Positions 51,451-62,214 of a DNA stretch of 64,000 nucleotides are shown one piece after another; within the stretch, counting starts at the first letter, position 1; each line of letters begins with the position of its first letter. A program made the translations under genes and the position numbers. A model generated the notes under the pieces. The model was not told the DNA's origin. It saw nothing but the letters and a program-made list of their open reading frames with translations, and made no database searches. The DNA comes from Balanoglossus misakiensis (Eukaryota; Animalia; Hemichordata): contig CM082578.2 of the NCBI GenBank assembly GCA_040954595.2, forward strand, positions 3,640,831 through 3,704,830, given 5' to 3'.

Positions 51451-51720
51451 TGTTTTCCAGCAGAAAAAAAGTGTCTCTGTGATAGTTTGTGTGTATATGT
51501 GTCTATTTGTATACAAGCATGGGGATATGTGTGTATTATGTGTGGCTGTTGAATTACAACTTTGTTCGGACTTAGTTTCTATAAATCACTTCTGTCTGTT
51601 AAAAGTTCCACTACTTTTTACTGGTTATAATCACTAGTGATGTGATTTGATGAGAAGGTTATCTGAAGTCTGGTGGTGAAAGTAAAAACCTAACTAGACA
51701 GTATATTTGCTTTGTTCCAG

Positions 51721-54700
51721 ATGCCACGCAGTAGATACTGGAGGAAGAAGAGGAGTCAGAAGAATGAAGATGCTGTTGTGTCTGAGGATCCTGTCCTCTT
51801 GAAAAACAGGATAGCTATAGAGCACAAAGAGGGGCCTGCCCTCTCTAAAAACAGGAATAGAAATGAATACAAAGAGGGGCCTGCCCTCTCTAAAAACAGG
51901 AATAGAAATGAATTCAAAGAGGGGCCTGCCCTCTCTAAAAACAGGAATAGAAATGAATACAAAGAGGGGCCTGCCCTCTCTAAAAACAGGAATAATAATG
52001 AATTCAAAGAGGGGCCTGCCCTCTCTAAAAACAGGAATAGAAATGAATACAAAGAGGGGCCTGCCCTCTCTAAAAACAGGAATAGAAATGAATTCAAAGA
52101 GGGGCCTGCCCTCTCTAAAAACAGGAATATGGATAAAATCAGAAAAAGTGACAGAGAAAATGAAAGTACTAAAGTCAACAATGAGATATTTGAGACCGAA
52201 AATCAAAGTGTTGATAAGACTGAAGGAAGTAATGAAATTCTGCAACAACATAGTCTTGACAATGATTCATCGGAAGACCTATATATTGGTAGTGGAACAG
52301 AGGACAGTGTTTATTCATTCTCTCCACTTACTTCTGATGTATGTGAACAGCTGTGTTGCAAATTTGATATTGTAGATAAAAATAAAATTGATGTTTTAAA
52401 TAAACTTGGAAGTGTTACAATTGGAGACCCATGTAATTACAAGTCAATAATTGGTGATGGTAACTGTTTTTTTAGGTCCTTGTCATATTGTATAAGTGGG
52501 ACTGAGCGAAATCACGGAGTTATTCGAACGGCCATTGTGAATCACTTGAAAGCCAATGAGGAAGTATATTCAGGCTGGGTAAGGTTAGATGGATATACAT
52601 CAGTTGCTGATTATATTGAGAAGTCCAGAATGGATCATCTAGGCACATGGGCTACAGAAACGGAAATCCTTGCCACTACAAATCTCTTCAATGTAAATAT
52701 TTTTGTGTACAGTTTTGATAGTTGGTGGAAACATTCTTGTAATTTAATCAATAAAAATAATGTTGATAGAGGTGTTGGTATATACCTGAACCATCGCAAT
52801 AGAAACCATTATGAAGTTGTAGAGTGTGTGAAGACACCACAGTTGGAAACCTGTCATTGTACACACATTGATTGCAATGATGTTGTCCCTATAGAATATG
52901 AAACTGGTGTATACATGGATGTGACAGACAATGAGTGTTCAAAACAGATTGGTTTGAAACAAGAGTTCCATTTGGATGAAGTATTTGCAACACATGAAGA
53001 ACTTCCGTGTCTTGCACCAGTAAGAGGTGAGAAACGTGGAAGAGCCATGGGTGAACGGCTAAAAAAGAAACTCAGGCGTGAAAAGTATGAAAGTGAAAGA
53101 GGTAAATTGAATCAATTAAATGTACCCAGTAGTCTGAAGAGCTCTAAAGCAGCTAAACAATATGAACGTTATCAGACTAATTGTGAATATAGAGACAATA
53201 TAAAATCGGTTAGAAGAAAGAGATATCATGAAGATGTACTGTACAGAGAGAACAAAAAACGTAGACTTGCAGGAAGATACGATCATGACCTAGTATTTCG
53301 TGAAGTACAGAAAACTGTATGTGCAGAACAATGTTTGGCAAAATATGAAAAAGTTCCACTATACAGAGAGCACAAGAAGAGTGAGAGTGCAGCACAATGT
53401 GTTGACAAGTACAAAAAAGATCAGATGTTCCGAGAACAAAAGAAGAGACAATGCGTTGATAAGTACAACAAAGATCTGGAGTTTCGAGAACAAAAGAAGA
53501 GACAGAGTGCAGCAGTATTTGCTGACAAGTTCCACAACGATCAGAAGTTCCGAGAACACAAAAAAAGTCAGAATGCAGCACAATTTCTTGACAAGTATAA
53601 CAGAGATGAAGAGTTTCAAAACCGGACAAAAAAAAAGTGTTTGGAACGTTACCAACAGGATCACGTTTATAAACAAACTGTACTGGAGAGAAGACGTACT
53701 GAGAGGAAAGTGACAAAGATTGAAAAGGAAAATATACAGCGTGTTATAATTGATTTCCGGAATCAGATTTCAGTTGGGCCAAATTGTGTATGTTCAGTTT
53801 GTCATCGGAGACTTTTTAGAAAGCAGGTTCTTGTTTGTAAGATGGATAACTATATCTCTAAGGGAGGTCTCTGTGAAATGAATGCCAACAAATGCATAAC
53901 ACAAGATTATATACACAACTGTACTGAATTATGTATTATTGATTGTCCCCTTAAGAGCAGTGCAGCCAGTAAATTATGGATTTGTCACACATGCCATAGC
54001 AAACTCTTGCGTGCAGAGATGCCTGTTCAAGCTGCTGCAAACAATCTTGATGTCAAACCAATACCTAATGAATTAAAATGCCTGAATTCGTTAGAGCAAC
54101 ATTTAATTGCACTGCATATTCCTTTCATGAAAATGATGGCACTACCAAGAGGTGGACAGAATGGTGTTCATGGGCCTGTTGTGTGTGTCCCGTCTAATAT
54201 AGAAAAGGCCACAAGTATTTTGCCTAGAGGTGAATTGGAGGACCAGATGATAAAGGTGAAATTGAAGCGGAAATTAAGTTATAAAGGTTGTTATCAGTAT
54301 CAATTTGTAAACAAAGGACACATTCAAAATGCACTGGAATACCTACAGAAAAATAACAAGTGGTATAATGATGTCAAATTCAATCTCACTTGGGAAAATA
54401 CTCTTGAAAAGACTGAAGAAAAATCTGATGGTGAAAGTAATGGAAACACTGAGGAAAAATTGTTAGATACTGAAGGCAATGATGTAGCATCAGACACAGA
54501 AGATGGAAATGAACATGATAGAGATACAAATGGAATATTCATGGACACATGCTTTCAACCAGTTGACATTGGTCAGGATATTCTTGATTATCACTTTGAT
54601 GATATTGCTTGTGTTGCACCTGGTGAGGATAATAAACCTGTTAGAGTGTTGATGGAAAAGTTCAATGAAGCTAAGTGCTTTCCTGTGATATTCCCAACTG

Positions 54701-57700
54701 GATCACCAACATTTCACGATGACCGAGAGGTTAAGATAACAATAGGGCGATACCTGCAAAGTCGTTTAATGAATGCAAGTAACAGGTTTGCCAGAAGCAC
54801 AGACTATATATTTTATGCACAATACCGTTCAGAACTTGACCAGGTTGTATCAAATGTGTCAATTGCTTTGAGAAAAGGAACTGCCAACGCTTGTGGCAAA
54901 AAGGTGACATCTGATGTTCTGACTGATGGGGATTCTTTGAGAGAGATATTGAAGTGTGATGAAGGCTACAAGTTTCTAAAACCAGTACGAGGAACTCCTC
55001 CTTATTGGCAATCAACACAGAAAGATTTGTTTGCAATGATCAGACAGTTAGGTATACCGACATGGTTCTGCTCATTTTCTGCTGCTGACTTAAGATGGAA
55101 AGAAGTAATTGAAACTATCCTACGTGAAGAAGGTGATACACGTAATGCTGAGGATCTCGATTGGTCTGAGAAATGTGGTATCTTGAGGCGAAATCCCGTC
55201 ACAGCAGCAAGAATGTTTGATAATAGATTCCATTGTTTCTTGAATGAGGTAATAATGTCACCAGCTAGTCCTATTGGGAAGATCAAAGATTATTTTTATC
55301 GAGTTGAGTTTCAGCAGCGTGGATCACCACACACTCACTGTTTGTTTTGGGTTGAAAATGCCCCAAAAGTGGACAAAGATTCTGATGAAGATGTTGTTGA
55401 GTTTGTTGACAGATATGTAACATGTGAAATGCCTTCTATTGAAGAGGATGAGGTACTGCATGAGATTGTGAAAACAGTCCAGAAACACAGCTCAAGGCAT
55501 TCAAAATCTTGCAAGAAAAAGGGTACTACATGTCGATTCAACTTTCCTCGACCTCCTTCAAACAAAACCTTTATATGCCACCCTTCTGTCAGCATAGATA
55601 CCGGTATAGAGGTAACAGATGACGATCAGTGTAAGGATGATCAAATGACTACATCACTGGAAAGTGAATTTGAAAATAGTTTGCCTGAGTTTGATGATAC
55701 AGTATTGGGTCAGAAGAAGGCTAGACAAATTTTAGAACGAGTGTGGACATGCCTGTGTGACAAAGAGAAACAAATTGATACTATTGATGATTTGTTCAAT
55801 GCAGTTGGCATATCTCAGGAGATGTTTGAACAAGCAAATGCAATTTTGGCAAAGAAGACAAGTGTAGTTCTAAAACGTGAGCCAAGTGATGTTTGGGTAA
55901 ATCCATATAATGCCAACCTCCTTCTTTGCTGGAATGCAAATATGGACATTCAGTTTGTTGTGGATGCATATGCCTGTGTTGTGTACATTGTGTCATACAT
56001 CTCTAAGGCAGAAAGAGAAATGGGTTTACTCTTGGAACATGCACAGAAAGAGGCTAACAAAGAAGGAAATATGGATGCAAAGTCGGCCATGAAAGAATTA
56101 GGTGGTGTATATCTGCACAACAGGGAAATAAGTGCCCAGGAAGCTGTGTATAGGGTATGTGGTTTGAAACTGAAACAATCATCACGAAAAGTTCAGTTTA
56201 TTCCAACAGGAGAAAATCAAATTAAAATGAGTCTGCCATTAGCTGCAATACAGAAGAAAATGAAAGGTGATGATTTAGACGAGGAAGAGATATGGATGAA
56301 CAGCATTGTAGACAGGTACAAGAACAGACCAAATGGGGTAGATTTTGACAACATGTGTCTTGCAGCATTTTGTTCTGAATACAGAGTGGTTTCAAAATCA
56401 GAAATGAAAAATGTGAGTAATGAAAAACGCCACAGTCCAATAGTGAAGTTGAAAAATGATGTTGGTTACATGCAGAAAAGATCTCAAAGTGATGGGGCTG
56501 TTGTTAGATATGCTAGATTTTCTGTTACCAAATGTCCAGAAAAGCACTATGGCAGTATATTACAACTGTTTCTCCCATATCGTACTGAATCACAACTGAA
56601 ACCTAGTGGATTTGAATCGTTTGAGGATTTTTATTGTCTTGGTGCAGTGAAATGTGGCTCTGCTTCTTTAGAAAAGGTAAAAATGATCGTAGATGCCAAC
56701 AAAGCATTATTTGAAACAGAGGCTGATGCTATTGATGCAGCTGGACAATTTCTTGATGAGAATGGCCATCTTGAAGATGCATGGGCACAAATATGTCCAG
56801 AAAATGAATTGGAACGGTTGGAATGCATTGAAGAAGGTAAAAAGTGCAGTGGTGATGATCCCGTAGATGACGATGATATTCCAGATTTGGTTCAGAAACC
56901 CAAAGGTGATGACTACCATTTAGAAATTTCGAATTCAATAAGGAAATATGAGGTTGAAGCAATGTGTAGATCATTGAACAAGAAACAAGCAGAAGTGTTT
57001 TACACTGTCAGGAAGTGGTGTTTGGACAAAAGCAATGGCAATAATCCAGAACCATTTTGTTTGTTTGTCACTGGTGGTGCTGGTACTGGGAAAAGTCACT
57101 TAATCAAAGCCATATATCATGAAGCTAAACGAATTCTAGCTCGGGCAATGCCAGATATTGATGGAATTTCTATTGCTTTAACTGCACCGACAGGAGTTGC
57201 GGCATTTAATATACAAGGAACAACTCTCCATCATATATTCTCCATAGCAGTTGACTCAAAGCTACCATATCAGCCACTGCGTGAAGAAAAGCTGAATACT
57301 CTTCGTTGCAAGTTTGGACACCTTCAAATTTTGATAATAGATGAGATTTCTATGGTAGACAAAAAGTTATTGTACTACGTTCACGGAAGACTACGACAAA
57401 TCAAACAGTCATCGGCTGAGTCACCATTTGGGAATGTTTGTGTTATTGCTGTAGGTGACTTTTATCAACTTCCACCTGTGAAAGCAAGTCCACTGTGCAT
57501 AGACCGTGAATCCGTCAATCTGTGGAAAGATAATTTCAGTATCATAGAACTAACGGAAATAATGAGACAGAAAGACTGTGCATTTGCAGAGGCATTAAAT
57601 CGGGTAAGAGTTCACAAAAAAGGGGACACAATGAATGCTGGTGATGTGGCAATGTTTCAAAAGTGTGTTACTGGTGAAACGTCTGAGGCAATGCATATTT

Positions 57701-59055
57701 TTGCTACAAATGCAGAGGTTAATAGCTGTAATGTTGAAATGCTTCATTCTCAATGTTCTGATCCTGTGTGTATTGAAGCAGAAGATTTTAGCAGGAATCC
57801 TACAAGTGGAAGACTAGAAAAAAAGGAAGGTCACCACGTCAAAGTGTACAGGACAACTTTGCCAAAGACTCTTACTCTAGCTGTTGGTGCACGAGTCCAA
57901 TTGACACATAATATTGATGTGGCTGATGGTTTGGTGAATGGCGTATTTGGCACAGTATGTCACATTGCAGTTAAACCAAATGTAAAATTCCCAGCTGCCA
58001 TTTATGTTGTATTTGATAATGAGAAAGTTGGCCAAGGATTGCGTAAAAAGAAGCCTATAACTATATCTAACCTTCCAGTAAACAGTACCCTTATAGAACC
58101 CCAGGAAATGTCAGTTGCAAGTAATGGTGGTATTAGGAGGCAATTTCCTTTAAAACTAGCTTGGGCATGTACAGTGCATAAGGTGCAGGGATTGACAGTT
58201 GAAAAAGCTGTTGTTAATTTGAAGAAGATGTTTGCACCAGGACAGGCATATGTGGCATTGAGTCGAGTGACATCATTAGATGGTCTCATTATTAATGACT
58301 TTAACAAATCATCCATATATTGCAATGAAAAAGTCCAAGAAGCCCTGGAAACAATGCCAAAGTTTCTTCCCAAGTGTACTCAGAGAGAACACAGTAATTA
58401 TACATGCTCATTTGTATTGCATAATGTGGAGGGACTTGTCAATCACATTAAAGATATTTGCAATGACAGTGAATATTTGGAAGCAGACTTCATTTGTTTG
58501 ACGGAGACATGGTTATCTGAAAAAGGAAAACATTGTAATTTACAATTGAGCGGATTTGAATTCAATCACCAACCACGATCTCAATCCTACAATCAATTTG
58601 ATACAAATACATCAAGTCTACAATTGCAACAGCGGGGTGGTGTTGGAGTCTATAGCAAACTATGTAGTGATTTTGAAATTTTGCATTTGGGTGTGTGTAA
58701 TTTGGAATGTATTTCATTTTATGTTGCTAAAATCAATGTTACAGTAGCTGTAGTTTACAGACCACCATCATACAAAGCAGAGGTATTCATAAGTAGTTTG
58801 GTTTGTTTGGTGAAAGCAATGGATAAATACCCAGGAGGCAAACTGATCATGGGTGATTTCAATGAAGATATCTTGTCCCGGTCATCACTTGTAAAGTTCA
58901 TGAAAGATCATGGTTTCAGACAATCTGTAAGTGAACCAACTACAGAAGCTAATACATTGATTGACCATGTGTATGTGAAAGGCATAAAAAATGTGACAGT
59001 AAATGTTGTACCAAAATACTTCAGCTTTCATGAAGCAATAAGCATCAAAATATAA
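51721..59055 (+). CDS. Helentron (Helitron2-type) RepHel protein, 2444 aa: OTU protease + Cys-rich/DUF6570-like region + HUH Rep + Pif1 helicase + APE/EEP endonuclease
   Basis: Uninterrupted ORF with ATG directly after acceptor TTTGTTCCAG. OTU IIGDGNCFFRSLS (52447) and HYE (52807); Rep WFCSFSAAD (55063), YRVEFQQRGSPHTH (~55297), YIVSYISK (55984); helicase GGAGTGKS (57073), IIDEISM, GDFYQLPPV, IMRQ, RQFPLKLAWACTVHKVQGLT, GQAYVALSRV; endonuclease HNVEGL, LTETW, VYRPP, GDFN, IDHVY. Confidence 0.97.
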   Translation: MPRSRYWRKKRSQKNEDAVVSEDPVLLKNRIAIEHKEGPALSKNRNRNEYKEGPALSKNRNRNEFKEGPALSKNRNRNEYKEGPALSKNRNNNEFKEGPALSKNRNRNEYKEGPALSKNRNRNEFKEGPALSKNRNMDKIRKSDRENESTKVNNEIFETENQSVDKTEGSNEILQQHSLDNDSSEDLYIGSGTEDSVYSFSPLTSDVCEQLCCKFDIVDKNKIDVLNKLGSVTIGDPCNYKSIIGDGNCFFRSLSYCISGTERNHGVIRTAIVNHLKANEEVYSGWVRLDGYTSVADYIEKSRMDHLGTWATETEILATTNLFNVNIFVYSFDSWWKHSCNLINKNNVDRGVGIYLNHRNRNHYEVVECVKTPQLETCHCTHIDCNDVVPIEYETGVYMDVTDNECSKQIGLKQEFHLDEVFATHEELPCLAPVRGEKRGRAMGERLKKKLRREKYESERGKLNQLNVPSSLKSSKAAKQYERYQTNCEYRDNIKSVRRKRYHEDVLYRENKKRRLAGRYDHDLVFREVQKTVCAEQCLAKYEKVPLYREHKKSESAAQCVDKYKKDQMFREQKKRQCVDKYNKDLEFREQKKRQSAAVFADKFHNDQKFREHKKSQNAAQFLDKYNRDEEFQNRTKKKCLERYQQDHVYKQTVLERRRTERKVTKIEKENIQRVIIDFRNQISVGPNCVCSVCHRRLFRKQVLVCKMDNYISKGGLCEMNANKCITQDYIHNCTELCIIDCPLKSSAASKLWICHTCHSKLLRAEMPVQAAANNLDVKPIPNELKCLNSLEQHLIALHIPFMKMMALPRGGQNGVHGPVVCVPSNIEKATSILPRGELEDQMIKVKLKRKLSYKGCYQYQFVNKGHIQNALEYLQKNNKWYNDVKFNLTWENTLEKTEEKSDGESNGNTEEKLLDTEGNDVASDTEDGNEHDRDTNGIFMDTCFQPVDIGQDILDYHFDDIACVAPGEDNKPVRVLMEKFNEAKCFPVIFPTGSPTFHDDREVKITIGRYLQSRLMNASNRFARSTDYIFYAQYRSELDQVVSNVSIALRKGTANACGKKVTSDVLTDGDSLREILKCDEGYKFLKPVRGTPPYWQSTQKDLFAMIRQLGIPTWFCSFSAADLRWKEVIETILREEGDTRNAEDLDWSEKCGILRRNPVTAARMFDNRFHCFLNEVIMSPASPIGKIKDYFYRVEFQQRGSPHTHCLFWVENAPKVDKDSDEDVVEFVDRYVTCEMPSIEEDEVLHEIVKTVQKHSSRHSKSCKKKGTTCRFNFPRPPSNKTFICHPSVSIDTGIEVTDDDQCKDDQMTTSLESEFENSLPEFDDTVLGQKKARQILERVWTCLCDKEKQIDTIDDLFNAVGISQEMFEQANAILAKKTSVVLKREPSDVWVNPYNANLLLCWNANMDIQFVVDAYACVVYIVSYISKAEREMGLLLEHAQKEANKEGNMDAKSAMKELGGVYLHNREISAQEAVYRVCGLKLKQSSRKVQFIPTGENQIKMSLPLAAIQKKMKGDDLDEEEIWMNSIVDRYKNRPNGVDFDNMCLAAFCSEYRVVSKSEMKNVSNEKRHSPIVKLKNDVGYMQKRSQSDGAVVRYARFSVTKCPEKHYGSILQLFLPYRTESQLKPSGFESFEDFYCLGAVKCGSASLEKVKMIVDANKALFETEADAIDAAGQFLDENGHLEDAWAQICPENELERLECIEEGKKCSGDDPVDDDDIPDLVQKPKGDDYHLEISNSIRKYEVEAMCRSLNKKQAEVFYTVRKWCLDKSNGNNPEPFCLFVTGGAGTGKSHLIKAIYHEAKRILARAMPDIDGISIALTAPTGVAAFNIQGTTLHHIFSIAVDSKLPYQPLREEKLNTLRCKFGHLQILIIDEISMVDKKLLYYVHGRLRQIKQSSAESPFGNVCVIAVGDFYQLPPVKASPLCIDRESVNLWKDNFSIIELTEIMRQKDCAFAEALNRVRVHKKGDTMNAGDVAMFQKCVTGETSEAMHIFATNAEVNSCNVEMLHSQCSDPVCIEAEDFSRNPTSGRLEKKEGHHVKVYRTTLPKTLTLAVGARVQLTHNIDVADGLVNGVFGTVCHIAVKPNVKFPAAIYVVFDNEKVGQGLRKKKPITISNLPVNSTLIEPQEMSVASNGGIRRQFPLKLAWACTVHKVQGLTVEKAVVNLKKMFAPGQAYVALSRVTSLDGLIINDFNKSSIYCNEKVQEALETMPKFLPKCTQREHSNYTCSFVLHNVEGLVNHIKDICNDSEYLEADFICLTETWLSEKGKHCNLQLSGFEFNHQPRSQSYNQFDTNTSSLQLQQRGGVGVYSKLCSDFEILHLGVCNLECISFYVAKINVTVAVVYRPPSYKAEVFISSLVCLVKAMDKYPGGKLIMGDFNEDILSRSSLVKFMKDHGFRQSVSEPTTEANTLIDHVYVKGIKNVTVNVVPKYFSFHEAISIKI
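51826..52128 (+). repeat. Coding 45-bp minisatellite x7 (KEGPALSKNRNRNE[Y/F])
   Basis: Units at 51826, 51871, 51916, 51961, 52006, 52051, 52096; strict Y/F alternation. Confidence 0.97.
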
Positions 59056-61202
59056 TAATTTAGACTTGTGTTTTGAAATAAAATCAGTATTATTAGAAAA
59101 ATAAAGATATAATCCAACGCGAGGAATAACCTCATTCAGGTACATGATTCAAGAATGGCCTTTGTAACGAAAAAGCTGAGTAATGGTACCAGATCTTGTT
59201 GCTTCACCAAGGCAAAGTGTTTGCCTCTGGTGGTAGGACATGACTGGGCAAGTGATCTGATTTGGCGGGTGACTTGTGCTTCAACAGTCGCTGCGCTCCT
59301 TGCCCGGTCATACTGCCAGAAGCACACTATGGTGAACAGCAATGAGGTCTGGGAGTGAGACTAGATAAAAGCAAAACTACACAGCAAGAGGTTAAATGTT
59401 CTTATACTGGCTCCTACGGTAAATCAATTCAAATACTTAATTCTCAACAATAGTTGTGAAAATTGTCTTCAGGCTCATCAATCAGTTATAAATTCAAGAT
59501 AAATGACATTTTGATAATAATGTAAATACACAGACACAAAAAAGACAACATGATGAAAATCACATCTGTTGCACTGGATAAAACTAAAAAAGGATGAAAC
59601 TCGAATTTAAAATAGATATAGCTGTTGGGAAAATTGTTTTCCAAAGGAATTGTTTCCTGATAAATTAAACTCTGTAGCATGTCCATAATTGAGAATTTGA
59701 AAGATATTTTAAAGTTGGTGTACAGGATCTGTAGAAATATTATGTGCATATCGTACAACTGCCTTATGATACTTATTTGCCAAAGAATTTTGACAGTAGC
59801 CAATAACTTTCCCTGCAATACTCATAATATGAGAAAGCTGAAATCAACATTTACCTTTATTTACCTTTCCGGAAAATAATATTGACCACCAGATTGCTTT
59901 TGATAAGGTAACGATAAAGTAGCGATACACCAACTGCAAATAATTTCAAGCGTATTAACTACAGAAGCTAATACATTGATTGATCATGTGTCTGTGAAAG
60001 GAATAGAAAGTGTGATGGTAAATGTTTTAAAAAAGACTTTACATTTTAGCTTTCATGAAGCTATAGCATCAAAATATAATTTAGACTTGTGTTTTGAAAT
60101 AAAATAAGTATGGTGAGAAAATTAAAGAAGTAACCCGCCACGAGGAAAAACCTCATTCACGTACATGATTTAATAATGGCCTTGTTACGGAAAAGCTGAG
60201 TGATGGTACCAGATCTTGTTGCTTCACCAAAGCAAAGTGTTTGCCTCTGGTGGTAGGACATGACCTGGCAAGTGATCTGATTTGGCGGGCGACTTGTGCT
60301 TGTCGCTGCGCTCCTTGCCTGGTCATACTGCCAGTTGCACACTAGGGTGCACAGCGATGAGGTCTGGGAGTAAGACTAGATAAAAGCAAAACAACCAAGC
60401 AAGAGTTACAAGTTTCAAAAAAAGCCTTTGTTACAGAAAAGCTGAGTGATGGTACCAGATCTTGTTGCTTCACCAAGGCAAAGTGTTTGCCTCTGGTGGT
60501 AGGACATGACTGGGCAAGTGATCTGATTTGGCGGGTGACTTGTGCTTCAACAGTCGCTGCGCTCCTTGCCCGGTCATACTGCCAGAAGCACACTAGGGTG
60601 CACAACAATGAGGTCTGGGAGTGAGACTAGATAAAAGCAAAACTACACAGCAAGAGGTTAAATGTTCTTATACTTGCTCCTACGGTAAATCAATTCAAAT
60701 ACTTAATTGTCAACAATAGTTGTGAAAATTGTCTTCAGGCTCATCAATCAGTTATAAATTCAGGATAAATGACATGTTGATAAACAATGTAAATACACAG
60801 ACACAAAAAAGACAACATGATGAAAATCACATCTGCAGCACTGGATAAAACTAAAAAAGGATGAAACTAGAATTTAAAATAGATACAGCTGTTTTCCAAT
60901 GGATTTGTTTCCTGATAAATTGAACTCTGTAGCATGTCCATAATTGGAGATTTTGAAAGATATTTTAAAGTGGGTGTTCAGGATCTGTAGAAATATTATG
61001 TGCATATCGTACAACTGCCTTATGATACTTATTTGCCAAAGAATTTTGACAGCAGCCAATAACTTTCCCTGCAATACTCATAATATGTGAAAGCTGAAAT
61101 CAACATTTACCTTTATTTACCTTTCTGGAAAATAATATTGACCACCAGATTGCTTTCGATAAGGTAACGATAAGGTAGCGATACACCAACCGCAAATAAT
61201 TT
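58938..61202 (+). repeat. Compound tandem duplication of the ORF end and 3' region (A-B-C / A'-B' / B''-C'')
   Basis: 58938-59946 is echoed by 59957-60410 (diverged copy of the ORF's last ~39 codons plus block B) and 60424-61202; block B occurs at ~59158, ~60178 and ~60424. Confidence 0.92.
59077..59082 (+). terminator. Candidate polyadenylation signal of the RepHel mRNA
   Basis: AATAAA about 22 nt after the stop codon; a second at ~59100. Confidence 0.4.
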
Positions 61203-61297
61203 GTCAAACACGATGTGATTTAACTTTCAGAAAAAGATATAAACTCTGGAGCAGGACAGGGTAATTAAGACAGGTTGTCTACTTGCCTTTAATGAGT

Positions 61298-61525
61298 TAT
61301 TATTTATTATTATTATTATTAACAATTGTTTAAAATGCGCTACACATACGTCTCAGCGCATTGTACATAGCTAAAAGAGTAGATTAAAAATACAAGGCTG
61401 GTAAAAATAGTTAAAAGGACACAATCGAACACGTTACACATAAAACCGAGTAAAAAGGTAAGTTTTCAAATTACGCTTAAAAATATTGACACTTCTGGCG
61501 GTTTTTGATATCAAGGGGTAAATTG
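61298..61525 (-). mobile_element. L2-clade LINE 3' end
   Basis: Minus strand reads NLPLDIK/TARSVNIFKRNLKTYLF (L2 ORF2 C-terminus, one frameshift), then a GCGC..GCGC stem-loop tail and (TAA)n. Confidence 0.7.
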
Positions 61526-61544
61526 TTAGTTGTTAGAGTTAGTT

Positions 61545-61650
61545 GTCTATCTGTCTGTCTGTCTGTCTGTGTCATGCATGCAGGCATGTATGTATGTATG
61601 TATGTATGTATGTATGTATGTATGTGTGTATGTATGTATGTATGTATGTG
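61545..61650. repeat. (TCTG)n and (TATG)n microsatellites
   Basis: Read directly from the sequence. Confidence 0.95.
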
Positions 61651-62214
61651 TAGTCATTTTCTATGTATATATACAATCGTTAAATATATAAAGTATTTTA
61701 GAAAAATTTACATTCTTGCTTGGTATGATATAATTACAATTTAACAATGTTATTGCTACATCATGGGGTATTCACTTTTGTGTGTACATTTGTTTGTATG
61801 ATCATATACTATGCAATATTGAGTACATGTACATAATTCAACTGCCTTTAATACTGTGTGGTATAGTGTATATATTGGATTTTGTAAAAAGATACATCAA
61901 ATACTGTATTGTGAACAACTTATTGTACTGGATGATTTTTTATTACAGTAAAGATATTTGCCTGCATTATGAGAGTAATAGAAATAATTTAATTTGTACT
62001 TTTTATTCTGAAATAAGTTTCTTGATGTTTAGTATACCATGCAAATAACCAATTTTGAGTCGAGGTAGCCATTTTATAACATGATTTGATATTTTTTAAA
62101 TTGTCATTTGTGTTATCAAGCATGTTTTTTATCAAATAATTACGTATTTTCATTTTGTGTCAATTTAGTATTCAAAACTGGACCTGTTGTTTGACTTCTT
62201 GAAACATGGTGAAC

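Larger units (their letters stand above)
45356..61202 (+). mobile_element. Autonomous Helentron (boundaries uncertain)
   Basis: Intact RepHel-EN ORF; left boundary inferred as the last HINE-type opening end; right terminus not found. Confidence 0.6.

Noticed and set aside
51712-51720. TTG start given by the ORF track
   Set aside because: It lies in a pyrimidine tract/AG acceptor; ATG 51721 is the plausible start.
51694-52375. Antisense and alternative-frame repetitive ORFs (185, 141, 170 aa)
   Set aside because: Shadows of the 45-bp coding minisatellite.
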